Both the position numbers and the translations under genes were made by a program. This document shows, piece after piece, positions 41,644 to 51,992 of a stretch of 64,000 nucleotides of DNA. Every line of letters begins with the position of its first letter. Position 1 is the first letter of the stretch. Source of the stretch: an uncultured Rickettsiales bacterium (GTDB lineage: Bacteria; Myxococcota_A; UBA796; UBA9615; CAYRNR01); contig CAYTBN010000026.1 in NCBI GenBank assembly GCA_964436045.1, positions 1,559 to 65,558 of the forward strand, written 5' to 3'. The notes below the pieces were generated by a model, which saw only the letters and a program-made list of their open reading frames with translations, searched no databases and was not told where the DNA came from.

Positions 41644-44031
41644 ATGTCACACCGTGGACCTCGAGCCGGGCTGATCACCGGCGGGCTGCTCCTGATCGCC
41701 GTTGCTGGCTGCGACGGCTTACCCTGCGATCCGATCAAGCTGGACAGGGGCTGGGAGGATCTGGCCGATCCGGGGGACCCCGAGGCTGCCCTGCGCGTGA
41801 TCGAGGGCGCCTGCGAGCCCACCTTCACCGCGGCCGCGCGGCGCTGGGTCGACCGCGGTCTGGCGCCGGAGACCTCCACCGAATTGGGTGTCGCGATCCA
41901 CGCCGCCTGGGCCGACCTGTGCCCCGACGGCCCCGACCTGGTGGCGGCCACCTCGGCACCGATCCTCGAGACCCGGCGGCGGACCGTCCAGGCCTGCGGC
42001 GAGACGGCCCTCGGCGTCTCGACGGCCGATGGCTACATACACGCCAGCGGATCCCCCGAGCTGGCGGCGCTGGTGTCCAGCTGGCTGACCGGACGACGGA
42101 AGGACACCGCCCGGATCGACGCCCTCGCCCGATCGCTCCGCGGGGCGCCCGTCGTGTTGCTCCCGCCGGGCACCGAGCTGGTCCGCTGGGGTCCAGACGC
42201 GCCAGCCGCGCCAGCGCGGGTGGAGCTGGTATTGACCCCAACAGGGCTCTACCTGGGTGACCAGGTGCTGATGGTCCTGGACGACGGCGCCGTCCCCCCC
42301 GGCTTCCGGGCGGCGGGCAAGGGGCGGCTGCGCGGGCCGTTCGCTCCGGACGACGATCCCCTGGCCGACTGGGCGCTGCGCGAGTTGCGATCCCTGGACG
42401 AGGTGCCCGACCCGCTGGTACTCGCCCTGGATGGGCGGGTGCCGATGGCCACCGTGTGGCGGGTGGCGGCGTCCCTGGGGCGGCCCGGGGCCGAGTTGCT
42501 GCTGGTCGGGCTGGGCACCCGCGACGGTGTCGACGATCGGCTGGCGACGCGGGCGGTGCGGCTGCCCACCGCCGTCCCCCGCCCGCCCGCGGACGGGGAG
42601 GGCCCGCAGAAGCTGACCGAACGCCAGCCCGCGGCCGACCTGACCGGGGCCCTCGCCTGGGGAGGGCCGACGGCCGTCACCCCGGAGCTCGCCTTTCCCG
42701 CCGGCCTACCCTGTTCTTCCCCTCCGGAAGGAATGGCCTGTGTGCCCGCCGGAACAGAGGATGGCGCCTGGCACGGGAGCTTCTACATCGACCGCGATCC
42801 CCGGGAACGGGCCGCGGACGGAGATTGTCCGGGGGACTACTGCGCGGAGGACGAGGACGAGGTGTTTGGCCAGTGGTGCGCCTCGCGGGGCAAACGTCCG
42901 GCCAGCGCGGCCGAACGGGCGCGGGCGGCGGCACAACCGCGAACCGGCGGCGACGGGCAGCACCTCGACGACGGCCTCCCCCGCTGCGCGTCGTCACTGC
43001 CCGAGCTCAACACCCACCCGGCGCCCGCGCTGACCGAGATCCGGCTACCACTTCAGCCGGTCCCTCCCCCAGATCCGGCCGATCTGGCCCGGTTCCGCCG
43101 CACCCCCGACGAGGCCCTGGAGAGCCCACCGATCTGCGCCCTGGACGGCAACGGCGTGCGGCGGACCTGGACCTGTCGCGAGCCGTGGACCTACGCACCG
43201 GCCGCCGGGCTGGGCGAGGCCCGCCTCGTGCCCTATCTGGAGAACAGCGGGGGGGGGTACGTGGGTTTCGGCGGCATGGAGGAGTGGACCCTGGCCGCTC
43301 GCGCACGCTCGACCTGGGCCTGGCTGATCACCGACGACCCGGCCCGTGCCGCGCTGTACCGCGTGCAAGGCGCCCTGATCGCAGCCTCGCCGACCGCCGA
43401 CGGGCTGGTGGCGCGCCTGGCGCCGGAGGCGCTGGAGGACTCGCTGGCGCTGGTGACGGAGATACCGGCCGACGCCGGGGAGATCCACCGGCCGGCCGAC
43501 GTGCTGGCGGCCATGCGCGGGGAGCTGTGGGCGGCCTATTCGTCGGCCCTGGCGGCCGCAGTGGAGGGCGCGGGCGGCGAGCCCGATCCCGGCGTTGCCT
43601 GGCTCACCGACGGCGATGACTACGCCCACCTGCACCGTCTGTGGTCCCAGGGGCGGGCGCGGGTGGTGGTCGCCGACGCGGCCGGGGACGGCTGGACCGA
43701 CGTGGGAAACGCCGCCCATGACCTGGGTACACCGATCCGCGTGCTCCATCTGGGGGCGACGGCCTACGCCTGGGGCGGGACACTGACCGGCGCGTTCCGG
43801 GACGCGGTGGCTGCCTTACCCCTGGACTCGCGGGCGGTGGTCCTCCAGCGCCTGGAACGACGGCCCGTGCCCGCCGGGGGGACGGGGGCCTGGCAATACC
43901 ACGTGCACGGGGGTCGGGACTACCAGCGAAGGATCGCCGATCCGGCGGTGGAGACTGTGGGCGACGTGGCCGCGCGCAGCGGGCTGACCGACGATCCCAG
44001 GCTCTTCATCGCCGGGGTTCCGGGCCGCTGA
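41644..44031 (+). CDS. Large hypothetical lipoprotein (Ala/Gly/Pro-rich)
   Basis: ORF 41557..44031, with the internal ATG at 41644 giving the lipobox '…LLLIAVAGC'. 795 aa with no confident domain. The central 'MACVPAGTEDGAWHGSFYIDRD' only weakly resembles FGE/sulfatase-modifying-factor starts. Confidence 0.5.
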   Translation: MSHRGPRAGLITGGLLLIAVAGCDGLPCDPIKLDRGWEDLADPGDPEAALRVIEGACEPTFTAAARRWVDRGLAPETSTELGVAIHAAWADLCPDGPDLVAATSAPILETRRRTVQACGETALGVSTADGYIHASGSPELAALVSSWLTGRRKDTARIDALARSLRGAPVVLLPPGTELVRWGPDAPAAPARVELVLTPTGLYLGDQVLMVLDDGAVPPGFRAAGKGRLRGPFAPDDDPLADWALRELRSLDEVPDPLVLALDGRVPMATVWRVAASLGRPGAELLLVGLGTRDGVDDRLATRAVRLPTAVPRPPADGEGPQKLTERQPAADLTGALAWGGPTAVTPELAFPAGLPCSSPPEGMACVPAGTEDGAWHGSFYIDRDPRERAADGDCPGDYCAEDEDEVFGQWCASRGKRPASAAERARAAAQPRTGGDGQHLDDGLPRCASSLPELNTHPAPALTEIRLPLQPVPPPDPADLARFRRTPDEALESPPICALDGNGVRRTWTCREPWTYAPAAGLGEARLVPYLENSGGGYVGFGGMEEWTLAARARSTWAWLITDDPARAALYRVQGALIAASPTADGLVARLAPEALEDSLALVTEIPADAGEIHRPADVLAAMRGELWAAYSSALAAAVEGAGGEPDPGVAWLTDGDDYAHLHRLWSQGRARVVVADAAGDGWTDVGNAAHDLGTPIRVLHLGATAYAWGGTLTGAFRDAVAALPLDSRAVVLQRLERRPVPAGGTGAWQYHVHGGRDYQRRIADPAVETVGDVAARSGLTDDPRLFIAGVPGR

Positions 44032-44043
44032 CCGGACGGGGCG

Positions 44044-47000
44044 TCAGAGCACCTCGAGCAGTGAGGACGTGGAGTCGGCGATGCCACCCTCGTCGTAGAC
44101 CGTCAGGGTCACCGCGTACAGGCCGGTGACGAAGGTGCTGGCCGGCGCCGTCAGGCTCCACTCACCCGCGGCGTTCGCGTAGGTCGACAGGAACACCGAG
44201 TCGTCGGCGCTGGACGACAGGGCGATGTACAGGGTGTCCAGCAGGTCGGAATCGGTGACGGTGCCGCTGAAGGTCACCTCGTCGGCGGTCAGCATGGCGT
44301 GCGGCTGCACGGCCGGCGCGGTCAGCGTGATCAGCGGCTGGACGTTGGTCGCGCGGCCGATGTGGGCCACCTGGCCGCCGCCGAAGCTCGGATCATTGTA
44401 GGCGCCGGTGTAGAACAGCTGCACGTAGCCCGCGTCGATCAGCACGTCGGTGGCGTAGGTGTCGATGTAGTCCCAGCGGCCCGGATCGACCGCGGTGGTG
44501 AACACCGGGCTGATGGCGTACAGCTTGGTCAACGGCTCGTCGAGGCCGAAGGGCGCGTGGACCGCGCCCACCGCCCGCACACCCGAGGCGCTGCGGCCCG
44601 AGTGCAACATCATGGTGGTGCCGCCGTCGCTGAACGGGATCGGGTAGCCCACCGAGTTCTCGTCCCAGTCGCCCGACCCGCCCTTGGTGAACATCGGCTG
44701 GGGATCGTCGCCCACGCCCGGCGCGGGGTCGAACTTGGTGAACACGTAGCCGTCCGGCGAGATCGCCAGGCAGATGCCCCGATCGACGGGATTACGGCAG
44801 ACGTACGCCAAGAAGTAGTCCGAACCGGCGAGGAACACGTAGGGCGTGTTGATGATCTCCTCGTCGAACTCGCCGACGGCGCCCGGGGCCAGGATCTTGA
44901 CCGCGTCGAAGGGCGGCACCGGGTTGGTGAAGCGGCTCCAGGTCAGCCCGTCGGTGCTGTAGGCCATGCCGAAGTAACGAACGTCGTCCAGGTACTCCGC
45001 CTTGGCCGAGTAGTACATCTTGTATGGCGCGGCCAGGTCGGTGGGGTCGTAGACCACCGAGGGGTTGGAGATCCCCTGGCCGTCCCAGTGGATGTCGGGG
45101 AAGATCGCGTCCTGGAATACCGGCCCGTCCAGGGTCCAGTTCTGGCCGTCGTCGTCGGTGTAGTAGATGCCGAACGACATCTCGGGCTGGTTGTAGCCGG
45201 TGCGGAAGTACATAGCGAGCCGGCTGCCGTCGTAGACCCAGTTGGGCTGCTCGACCCGGTGGAAATACCACTCTGTGCCCGCGGTGTCCGCCGCGAGCCA
45301 GACGTTGCAATCGCGCACGAAGCCCGAGGTGACGACCTCCTCGGGGAAGACCAGCGGATCGTCGTCGTCGCAGTCCCCCTCGCACTGGGAGAATCCGTCG
45401 CCATCCTGGTCGTCGCCGCCCACCGACGGATCGGTGTCGTCGCAGTCCTGACACAGGATCCAGCCGTCACCGTCGGCGTCGGCGTTCTCGTCGGTGAGCG
45501 GATCGCAGTCGTTGTCCAGGCCGTCGCAGAGTTCCGGGGCGCCGATGTACACGTCGGGATCGGAGTCGTCGCACTCGGCGTCGCAGCTGGTGTACCCGTC
45601 GCCGTCGAGGTCATCCAGGTTCAGGCTGGGATCGGTGTCGTCGCAGTCGCCGTCGCAGGTGGAGTAGGTGTCGCCGTCCACGTCGTCCAGGTTGAGCGCC
45701 GGGTCGTCGTCGTCACAGTCCCCCTCGCAGACGTCCCAGCTGTCGCCGTCCGCGTCCACGGCCTCGTCGGTGGCCGGGTCGCAGTCGTTGTCCAGACCAT
45801 CGCAGAGCTCCGGCGCGCCCGGATAGACCGACAGGTTGTTGTCGTCGCAGTCCCCGTCGCAGGTGGTCACGCCGTCGTTGTCCACGTCGAGGGCCTCGAC
45901 GGTGGCGTCGCCGTCGTCGCAGTCCCCGTCACAGGTGTTCGAGCCGTCCCCGTCCGCGTCGTCCAGGTTCAGGGCCAGGTCCGCGTCGTCGCAGTCGCCA
46001 TCGCAGACGCCCCAGCCGTCCCCGTCGTCGTCCACGTTCTCCAAGGTGGCGGGATCGCAGTCGTTGTCCAGGCCGTCGCAGAGCTCCGGAGCACCTGGCA
46101 GCACGTCCGGGCGGCTGTCGTCGCAGTCGCCGGAACAGGAGTCGACGCCGTCGTTGTCCGCATCCTGCAGGTTCAGCGAGTCATCGGCGTCGTCACAGTC
46201 CCCGGCGCAGCTGTGGAACCCGTCGGCGTCGGCGTCGTCCAGGTTCAGCGCGGCGTCGGCGTCGTCGCAGTCGCCGTCGCACAGGCTCCAGCCATCGCCG
46301 TCCAGGTCGCCGTCCTCGCTGGTGGCGGGATCACAATCGTTGTCCACGCCATCGCAGGCCTCGAAGGCACCCGGATAGATGCCCGAGTCGGCGTCGGCGC
46401 AGTCTCCCGAGCAGGTGTCGACCCCGTCTCCGTCCACGTCCGCCAGGTTCAGCGCCGGGTCGGTGTCGTCGCAGTCGTCGCAGACGCCGGCACCGTCCCC
46501 GTCGCCGTCGGCGTTCTCGTCCGTCGCGGGATCGCAGTCGTTGTCCAGGCCGTCGCAGAGCTCGGCCGCCCCCGGGTAGATGTCAGCCGAGGCGTCGTCG
46601 CAGTCGTCGTCGCATGTCGAGAATCCGTCGCCGTCCCCGTCGTCCAGGTTCAGGGCGGCGTCGGCGTCGTCACAGTCGCCGTCGCAGGTGGTGTCCCCGT
46701 CGCCATCCGCGTCGTCCAGGTTCAGCACGTCGTCGGCGTCGTCACAGTCGCCGTCGCAGGTCGTGTAGCCGTCGGCGTCGGCGTCGTCCAGGTTCAGGGT
46801 GTCGTCAGCGTCGTCGCAGTCCCCGTCGCAGGTCGTGTGACCGTCGCCGTCCGCGTCCGTCAGGTTCAGCGTGTCGTCGGTGTCGTCGCAGTCCCCATCG
46901 CAGGTGCTCGCCCCGTCCCCGTCGGCGTCGTCGAGGTTGAGCAGGGGGTCGGCGTCGTCGCAGTCCCCGTCGCAGGTCGAGTACCCGTCGGTGTCCGTGT

Positions 47001-47502
47001 CATCCAGATTCTGGCCGTCGTCGGCGTCGTCGCAATCCCCATCACAGGTCGTGTAGCCGTCGGTGTCCGCGTCGTCCAGGTTCAGGGTGTCGTCGGCGTC
47101 GTCGCAGTCCCCGTCGCAGGTCGTGTAGCCGTCGCCATCTTCGTCGTCCAGGTTGAGGGAATCGTCACCGTCATCGCAGTCTTCGTCGCAGGTCGTGTAC
47201 CCGTCGCCGTCGGCGTCGTCCAGGTTGAGGGAATCGTCGCCGTCATCGCAGTCCTCGTCGCAGGTCGTGTACCCGTCCCCGTCCGCGTCGTCGAGGTTGA
47301 GCGACGCGTCGTTGTCGTCGCAATCCTCCGAAGCCGGCCAGCCATCGCCGTCGGCGTCATCCGGCTCGGTGGTGTCGTCGTCGTCGTCCGAGACGTCATC
47401 GTCGACGTGGTACGTCGTGTCGTCGTCGTCGTCTTCCGGTTCCGGACATCCCAGCGCGAGACACAGCGCTCCGAACAGGGCCGCCGTCCACAGGTACCGC
47501 AT
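44044..47502 (-). CDS. Lipoprotein with ~20 MopE-like Cys/Asp-rich metal-binding-motif repeats, a predicted beta-propeller (GH43/GH32-like motif resemblance, uncertain) and C-terminal Ig-like domain; paralogue of 10105..12315
   Basis: ORF 44044..47643, with the internal ATG at 47502 (GGAGGA 7 nt upstream) giving MRYLWTAALFGALCLALGC. It has exact duplicated 25-aa units (DADGDGYTTCDEDCDDGDDSLNLDD x2). C-terminal ~450 aa are collinear with the 10105 gene (…TPYVFLAGSDYFLAYVCRNPVDRGICLAIS…). Confidence 0.75.
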   Translation of the reverse strand: MRYLWTAALFGALCLALGCPEPEDDDDDTTYHVDDDVSDDDDDTTEPDDADGDGWPASEDCDDNDASLNLDDADGDGYTTCDEDCDDGDDSLNLDDADGDGYTTCDEDCDDGDDSLNLDDEDGDGYTTCDGDCDDADDTLNLDDADTDGYTTCDGDCDDADDGQNLDDTDTDGYSTCDGDCDDADPLLNLDDADGDGASTCDGDCDDTDDTLNLTDADGDGHTTCDGDCDDADDTLNLDDADADGYTTCDGDCDDADDVLNLDDADGDGDTTCDGDCDDADAALNLDDGDGDGFSTCDDDCDDASADIYPGAAELCDGLDNDCDPATDENADGDGDGAGVCDDCDDTDPALNLADVDGDGVDTCSGDCADADSGIYPGAFEACDGVDNDCDPATSEDGDLDGDGWSLCDGDCDDADAALNLDDADADGFHSCAGDCDDADDSLNLQDADNDGVDSCSGDCDDSRPDVLPGAPELCDGLDNDCDPATLENVDDDGDGWGVCDGDCDDADLALNLDDADGDGSNTCDGDCDDGDATVEALDVDNDGVTTCDGDCDDNNLSVYPGAPELCDGLDNDCDPATDEAVDADGDSWDVCEGDCDDDDPALNLDDVDGDTYSTCDGDCDDTDPSLNLDDLDGDGYTSCDAECDDSDPDVYIGAPELCDGLDNDCDPLTDENADADGDGWILCQDCDDTDPSVGGDDQDGDGFSQCEGDCDDDDPLVFPEEVVTSGFVRDCNVWLAADTAGTEWYFHRVEQPNWVYDGSRLAMYFRTGYNQPEMSFGIYYTDDDGQNWTLDGPVFQDAIFPDIHWDGQGISNPSVVYDPTDLAAPYKMYYSAKAEYLDDVRYFGMAYSTDGLTWSRFTNPVPPFDAVKILAPGAVGEFDEEIINTPYVFLAGSDYFLAYVCRNPVDRGICLAISPDGYVFTKFDPAPGVGDDPQPMFTKGGSGDWDENSVGYPIPFSDGGTTMMLHSGRSASGVRAVGAVHAPFGLDEPLTKLYAISPVFTTAVDPGRWDYIDTYATDVLIDAGYVQLFYTGAYNDPSFGGGQVAHIGRATNVQPLITLTAPAVQPHAMLTADEVTFSGTVTDSDLLDTLYIALSSSADDSVFLSTYANAAGEWSLTAPASTFVTGLYAVTLTVYDEGGIADSTSSLLEVL
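45430..47330 (-). repeat. Coding tandem repeat array (75-120 nt units) encoding MopE-like repeats
   Basis: Highly periodic gtcgtcgcagtc(c/g)ccgtcgcaggt… units, several identical at the nucleotide level. Confidence 0.65.
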
Positions 47503-47702
47503 GTTCCATCCTCCTGCGCCGATCTTACCTTCTCTTGAGGCAAGGCTGGGTCCCGTGGCCGAACCTGTCAAGGTGACGAAGGGGGACCGCATTGTTGGCG
47601 TGGCTTTCGCGCAGGGCGCGCGCGAGTTCATCTTTCGGTTCATCTACCTCTTCAAACGCCGGTATCCTGATCCGGGGAAAAGACGGCGAAGGGAGCTGTT
47701 CC

Positions 47703-48533
47703 GTGCGGCGATCGACAGAAGGCGGCGGATCGACCTGGACAACCTTGCTGGCGGCGGTGGCCGGGCTGATGCTGGCGGCGGCGGGTTGCACCGATTACGA
47801 CGTGACCGACGAAGGCGATACCTACCCGCCCCTCGGTGACGACGACGACAACGGCGATGACGACGACGACACCGGCATCGGCGACGACGACACAGGCGAC
47901 GACGACACCGGCGTCGGCGACGACGACACGGGACCCGGCGACGACGACACCGGCCCCGGCGACGACGACACGGGACCCGGCGACGACGACGGGGACGACG
48001 ACGACGGGGACGACGACGGGGACGACGACGACGACGACGAGGTGGACGAGGACTGCCCCAACGGCGTGACGGCCACGGTCACCGACTCGGACGGCGACGG
48101 CTGGGTGGTCATCACCACCTCCGACCCCACCGACTGGGCGATCGTCAACGTACCGGTGGATGGCGTCTACGAGCTCTACGACAGCCAGCTGGCCGAGAGC
48201 GGCGCCAGCCAGATGAACGAGACCGGTTACCTGACCATCACCAACTCGGTGAACCCGGTCGGTTTCCCGGTCAACCCCAACTGCGGCGGCCTGTTCATCG
48301 TCGCCGACTCGGACAACAACGGCACCCCCACCCAGCCGACCTTCCTGGGCACCTTCTCGCTGATGGCCGGCGAGGACAACCACCTGACCCTGCACCACTA
48401 CTGCGACATCTACCAGGCCGGCCAGTGCCAGCAGTTCCACAACGGAGATCCCAACTCCGGATCCGGCTGCAACACCGGCAACGCCAACTCGATCCACATG
48501 GACATCGACGGGCTCTGCATCACGTCCTGGTAG
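47703..48533 (+). CDS. Acidic lipoprotein with (DDDTGxG)n Asp/Gly-rich tract and Cys-containing C-terminal domain
   Basis: ORF 47592..48533; I prefer the GTG at 47703 (AAGGGAG 7 nt upstream), giving '…TWTTLLAAVAGLMLAAAGC'. An ~80 aa tract is almost pure D/G/T. Confidence 0.5.
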   Translation: MRRSTEGGGSTWTTLLAAVAGLMLAAAGCTDYDVTDEGDTYPPLGDDDDNGDDDDDTGIGDDDTGDDDTGVGDDDTGPGDDDTGPGDDDTGPGDDDGDDDDGDDDGDDDDDDEVDEDCPNGVTATVTDSDGDGWVVITTSDPTDWAIVNVPVDGVYELYDSQLAESGASQMNETGYLTITNSVNPVGFPVNPNCGGLFIVADSDNNGTPTQPTFLGTFSLMAGEDNHLTLHHYCDIYQAGQCQQFHNGDPNSGSGCNTGNANSIHMDIDGLCITSW

Positions 48534-48535
48534 GG

Positions 48536-48637
<102 letters not shown>

Positions 48638-48640
48638 GCC

Positions 48641-50575
48641 TCACGGCTCCAGCGGCTTCTCCAGCCGGAAGCGGTCGATCTCCTCCCCATCGATGTCGAT
48701 CGCGACCAGTTCGATGGACTCGGGGGTCACGTCGAGGCGGCAGTAGTGGTACTGGCGGACGCAGACCTCGTTGACCGCGTCGGGGCGGGCCGGGTAGGTC
48801 CAGGCGCCGCCGCCTCCGGTGATCACGTAGCGCACGCCGTTGACGTCGGTGGAGCGGCCGTAGAGGTGATCGTGGCCCACGAGGACGAGGTCGACGTCGT
48901 GCTCCTCGAGCAGGGGGATGAGGTGCCTGCGGACCCGCTTGTCGCCGGGTTTTCGCGTCGGGGTGCACGAGTAGGGCGGGTGGTGGAAGAAGACCACCTT
49001 CCAGCGGGCCTCCGAGGCCTCCAGGGCCTCCAGGAACCAGTCGTGTTGCTCGCTGCCGGGGATGAACTTGGTGTTGGTGTTCAGGGCGAAGAAGTCCACG
49101 TCGGCGTAGGAGAACGCGTACCACGACTCGTTGCCGGGCAGCGCCAGGTGGTCGTAGTAGGACTCGTGGTTGAGCTCGTGGTTACCCAGGGACACGAAGA
49201 AGGGCACGAAGCCCATCAGCGGCAGGGTGGGGGCGAAGAACTCGTCCTGCCACTCGTGCCAGGGTGAGCCGTGGGTGACGATGTCGCCCGTGTTGATCAC
49301 GAAGCGGGCGTCGGCCAGCTGGACCTCCTCCCACATCAGCTCGATCAGCTGCTGGTGGATCCCCTCCTGGGTCCGGCTGTCGCCGTAGGCCAGGAAGGTG
49401 AACGGCTGCTCGGGATCCTCGATCGCGGTGCGGAGGGTACGTTCACGGCTGGCGAAGCGCGGCGCCAGCGGGCCGTCCCCCCCGGGGGGGACCGGGTGGA
49501 CGAACACCTGGTACCTGTACTCGGTGTCCGGCTCCAGCCCCTCGACGGTCAGCTCGTGGTGGGTGTCGGCGATGGCCTGGGGCCGGACCACGTGCCGCGT
49601 GCGTCCGCGGGCGAGCCGGTACTCCAGGTGGCCGTAGGCCGGCACGCTGGTCTCCCAGACCACGGTGATCGACTCGGGCGTCACGCTCTGCAGGAACGGC
49701 GAGCGGACCATGCCCGCCTCGGTGTAGGCGTCCAGCCGCAGGTCGAGGTACAGCGGCAGCTTCGGCGCGTCCGGCCGGCGGTGGACCTGTACCGCCAGCA
49801 CGTTCTCGCCCTGGACGAGTCCGGCGGGGTCCAGCCCGCTCCAGGTGCGTCGCCAGTGGCCATACGTGGTCTGGTTGACCGGATCGGGCAGCAGGAACGG
49901 CGTCGCCGGCTGGTCGACCCCCTCGGCGCCGTGTTCGACGTTGTAGCGGGCGACCTCGCTGCCGTTGAGGTAGACCACCAGCCCGCCGGCGAACTTGGCC
50001 TCGAGCTGCAGCGACACCAGGGCGTCCGGGTCCTCGACCGGAAACGAGCGCACGAAGTAGAGGCTGTTCCAGCCCTCCGCGTCGTCCCCGTCGCCGTCCT
50101 CGGCACCCTCCCCCGCCGGCCAGACCAGGGTCGTCCGCCGGGCCGGCGGGTTGCCCTTCTTGCGGCGGGCGCGGGCGTCCTTCTCCCGCTTGGGGGTCAC
50201 CGCCCGCTGGCGGGCGTCGTCCCAGGCCGAGAACGGCGCCGACGCCCCGGACCACCAGCGGTCCGGCAACTCGGCGGCGTCCATGGGCACCACCCGGTCG
50301 GTGGTCACCTTGGCGGGCGCCAGCAGCTCGTCTATGGGGAGGGCGTCGGTGGGCAGCTCCGCCAGCGGCCAGCCCGGGGGTGGTTCCTCGAGGGGCGCCC
50401 AGAACAACCAGTCCTCGTCCATCTCTGCCAGCGCCACCGACGTCACGATCTCGGCGGCGGGCAGGACGTCGATCTCCTCGCCGTTCCTCGCCTCGCGGGT
50501 CTCGCCCCGGGCATGGACCGGCCCCGGCGCCAGCGCGGCGAGGACGGCCGTTGCGGTGAGCAGGGAACGCAGCAT
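48641..50575 (-). CDS. Secreted purple-acid-phosphatase-like metallophosphoesterase (calcineurin-like)
   Basis: ORF 48641..50614, with the internal ATG at 50575 giving signal peptide MLRSLLTATAVLAALAPGPVHA. Metallophosphatase motifs GDSRT, GDIVTHG, GNHE and GHDHLY are present, plus an FN3-like N-domain. Confidence 0.7.
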   Translation of the reverse strand: MLRSLLTATAVLAALAPGPVHARGETREARNGEEIDVLPAAEIVTSVALAEMDEDWLFWAPLEEPPPGWPLAELPTDALPIDELLAPAKVTTDRVVPMDAAELPDRWWSGASAPFSAWDDARQRAVTPKREKDARARRKKGNPPARRTTLVWPAGEGAEDGDGDDAEGWNSLYFVRSFPVEDPDALVSLQLEAKFAGGLVVYLNGSEVARYNVEHGAEGVDQPATPFLLPDPVNQTTYGHWRRTWSGLDPAGLVQGENVLAVQVHRRPDAPKLPLYLDLRLDAYTEAGMVRSPFLQSVTPESITVVWETSVPAYGHLEYRLARGRTRHVVRPQAIADTHHELTVEGLEPDTEYRYQVFVHPVPPGGDGPLAPRFASRERTLRTAIEDPEQPFTFLAYGDSRTQEGIHQQLIELMWEEVQLADARFVINTGDIVTHGSPWHEWQDEFFAPTLPLMGFVPFFVSLGNHELNHESYYDHLALPGNESWYAFSYADVDFFALNTNTKFIPGSEQHDWFLEALEASEARWKVVFFHHPPYSCTPTRKPGDKRVRRHLIPLLEEHDVDLVLVGHDHLYGRSTDVNGVRYVITGGGGAWTYPARPDAVNEVCVRQYHYCRLDVTPESIELVAIDIDGEEIDRFRLEKPLEP

Positions 50576-50591
50576 CTGTCGGAGTGGATAA

Positions 50592-51278
50592 CTACCGCGT
50601 GATGAAGTCGCCACTGTAGGAGACCAGGGCCGCGTCGGCGACCTCGGAGAACAGCAGCAGTTCGTTGACGAACGAGGTGTCGTCGCCCTTGATCCGCAGC
50701 TCGAGGATCAGCTCGGTTCCCTCGTCGCTCACGGTCTGGGATCGCAGCCGGTGGCGGGGCAGGACCCGGCGGATCAGATCTTCCTTGCCCGTGTCGCAGT
50801 GCACGATCAGCAGGTAGGGCTCGTTGAGGCGGAAGTCGGTCAGCTTGATCGCGAACAGCAGCAGCCCGATCACCAGGCTGCCGCCCACCGCCACCACGTA
50901 GAACCCAGCGCCGGACGACACCCCGACCGCGATGGCCCAGAACATGTAGACGATGTCGATCGGGTCCTTGATCGCCGCCCGGAAGCGGACGATCGACAGG
51001 GCCCCGACCATGCCCAGCGACAGGGTGATGTTGGAGTTGATCGGCATGATGATCAGGGTGGTCACCAGCGCCGTCATGATCAGCGAGACGTTGAAGCTCT
51101 TAGTGTACAGCACACCCTTGAAGGTGTGGCGGTACACGAAGTAGATGAACAGCCCGACCAGGAAGGTGATCAGCAGCGCGACGACCACCCGGGAGAGGGT
51201 GAGCGGCTGCTCGGTGAAGGTGAACTGGTTGAGCAGTCCCTCCTTCAGGATTTCGTCCAGTTTTCCGAGCCCTTCCAA
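50592..51278 (-). CDS. DUF4956-like polytopic membrane protein (third gene of CotH/VTC/DUF4956 trio)
   Basis: ORF 50592..51329; I prefer the TTG at 51278 (GGGAGG 9 nt upstream). Sequence: 'LEGLGKLDEILKEGLLNQFTFTEQPLTLSRVVVALLITFLVGLFIYFVYRHTF…' with 4 TM segments. Confidence 0.55.
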   Translation of the reverse strand: MEGLGKLDEILKEGLLNQFTFTEQPLTLSRVVVALLITFLVGLFIYFVYRHTFKGVLYTKSFNVSLIMTALVTTLIIMPINSNITLSLGMVGALSIVRFRAAIKDPIDIVYMFWAIAVGVSSGAGFYVVAVGGSLVIGLLLFAIKLTDFRLNEPYLLIVHCDTGKEDLIRRVLPRHRLRSQTVSDEGTELILELRIKGDDTSFVNELLLFSEVADAALVSYSGDFITR

Positions 51279-51279
51279 C

Positions 51280-51981
51280 TTACATGTCCTCCCACTGGTT
51301 CCGGTCGGCCAGGCTGCGGCACAGCGCAAACTTCGAGATCGCCATCCGCGGCGGAACCGTCGGCAGCAGCAATCCCCGGACGAAGCCGGGGAGGAACTCG
51401 TCGAACTTGACCTCCATGATCATCTCGGTGCCGTCCATCGCACCGACGGTGAACATCTCCCGGTCGAAGAAGTGGCGCACGTCGAATCCCGCCGACAGCT
51501 GCTTGTCGAAGGTGATGCGAACGTTGCCCAGCGGGTACGTGTATGCCTCCCGCACGTAGTCGACCACCACCGCGGGCCGGAACGCGCCGAGGCGCGCAGC
51601 CACGTAGAACTCGCCGAGGAACTCGTCCTCCCTACCCCATAACACGCGCAGGTCCCCGCCGACCAGCCCCTCGGTCTCGTCGCGGGTCAGGGAGGCCCGG
51701 CTCTTGGTGGCCACGTCGCCGCGCTTGAGCTTGCGCTCGAGGTGGATCACCGAGTCGCTGAAGTTGTAGATGCGGATCCGGTACTTCTCCCGGTCGTGCA
51801 CCCCCGCCAGCTTCTCGAAGAACGCGCGGTTGGCGAAGTCGTCGAAGTAGAGGCTGCGGATGTGATACTCGTTGCGCCGATCCGCGTGCCGGTCCGCCCG
51901 CAGGATGTGTCGCATGCGCGCCCGCATGAGGCGGTATTGCCCCTCGTTGACCTGGAACTTGAGTTCGTGGCGGAAGCCCAT
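51280..51981 (-). CDS. VTC-domain (CYTH-like, polyphosphate-polymerase-type) protein
   Basis: The internal ATG of ORF 51280..52290 is at 51981. 'MGFRHELKFQVNEGQYRLMRARMRHIL…YHIRSLYFDD…KYRIRIYNF…HLERKLKRGD…' matches the VTC/CYTH beta-tunnel pattern of alternating basic residues. Confidence 0.6.
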   Translation of the reverse strand: MGFRHELKFQVNEGQYRLMRARMRHILRADRHADRRNEYHIRSLYFDDFANRAFFEKLAGVHDREKYRIRIYNFSDSVIHLERKLKRGDVATKSRASLTRDETEGLVGGDLRVLWGREDEFLGEFYVAARLGAFRPAVVVDYVREAYTYPLGNVRITFDKQLSAGFDVRHFFDREMFTVGAMDGTEMIMEVKFDEFLPGFVRGLLLPTVPPRMAISKFALCRSLADRNQWEDM

Positions 51982-51992
51982 GCTCGTCCCCG

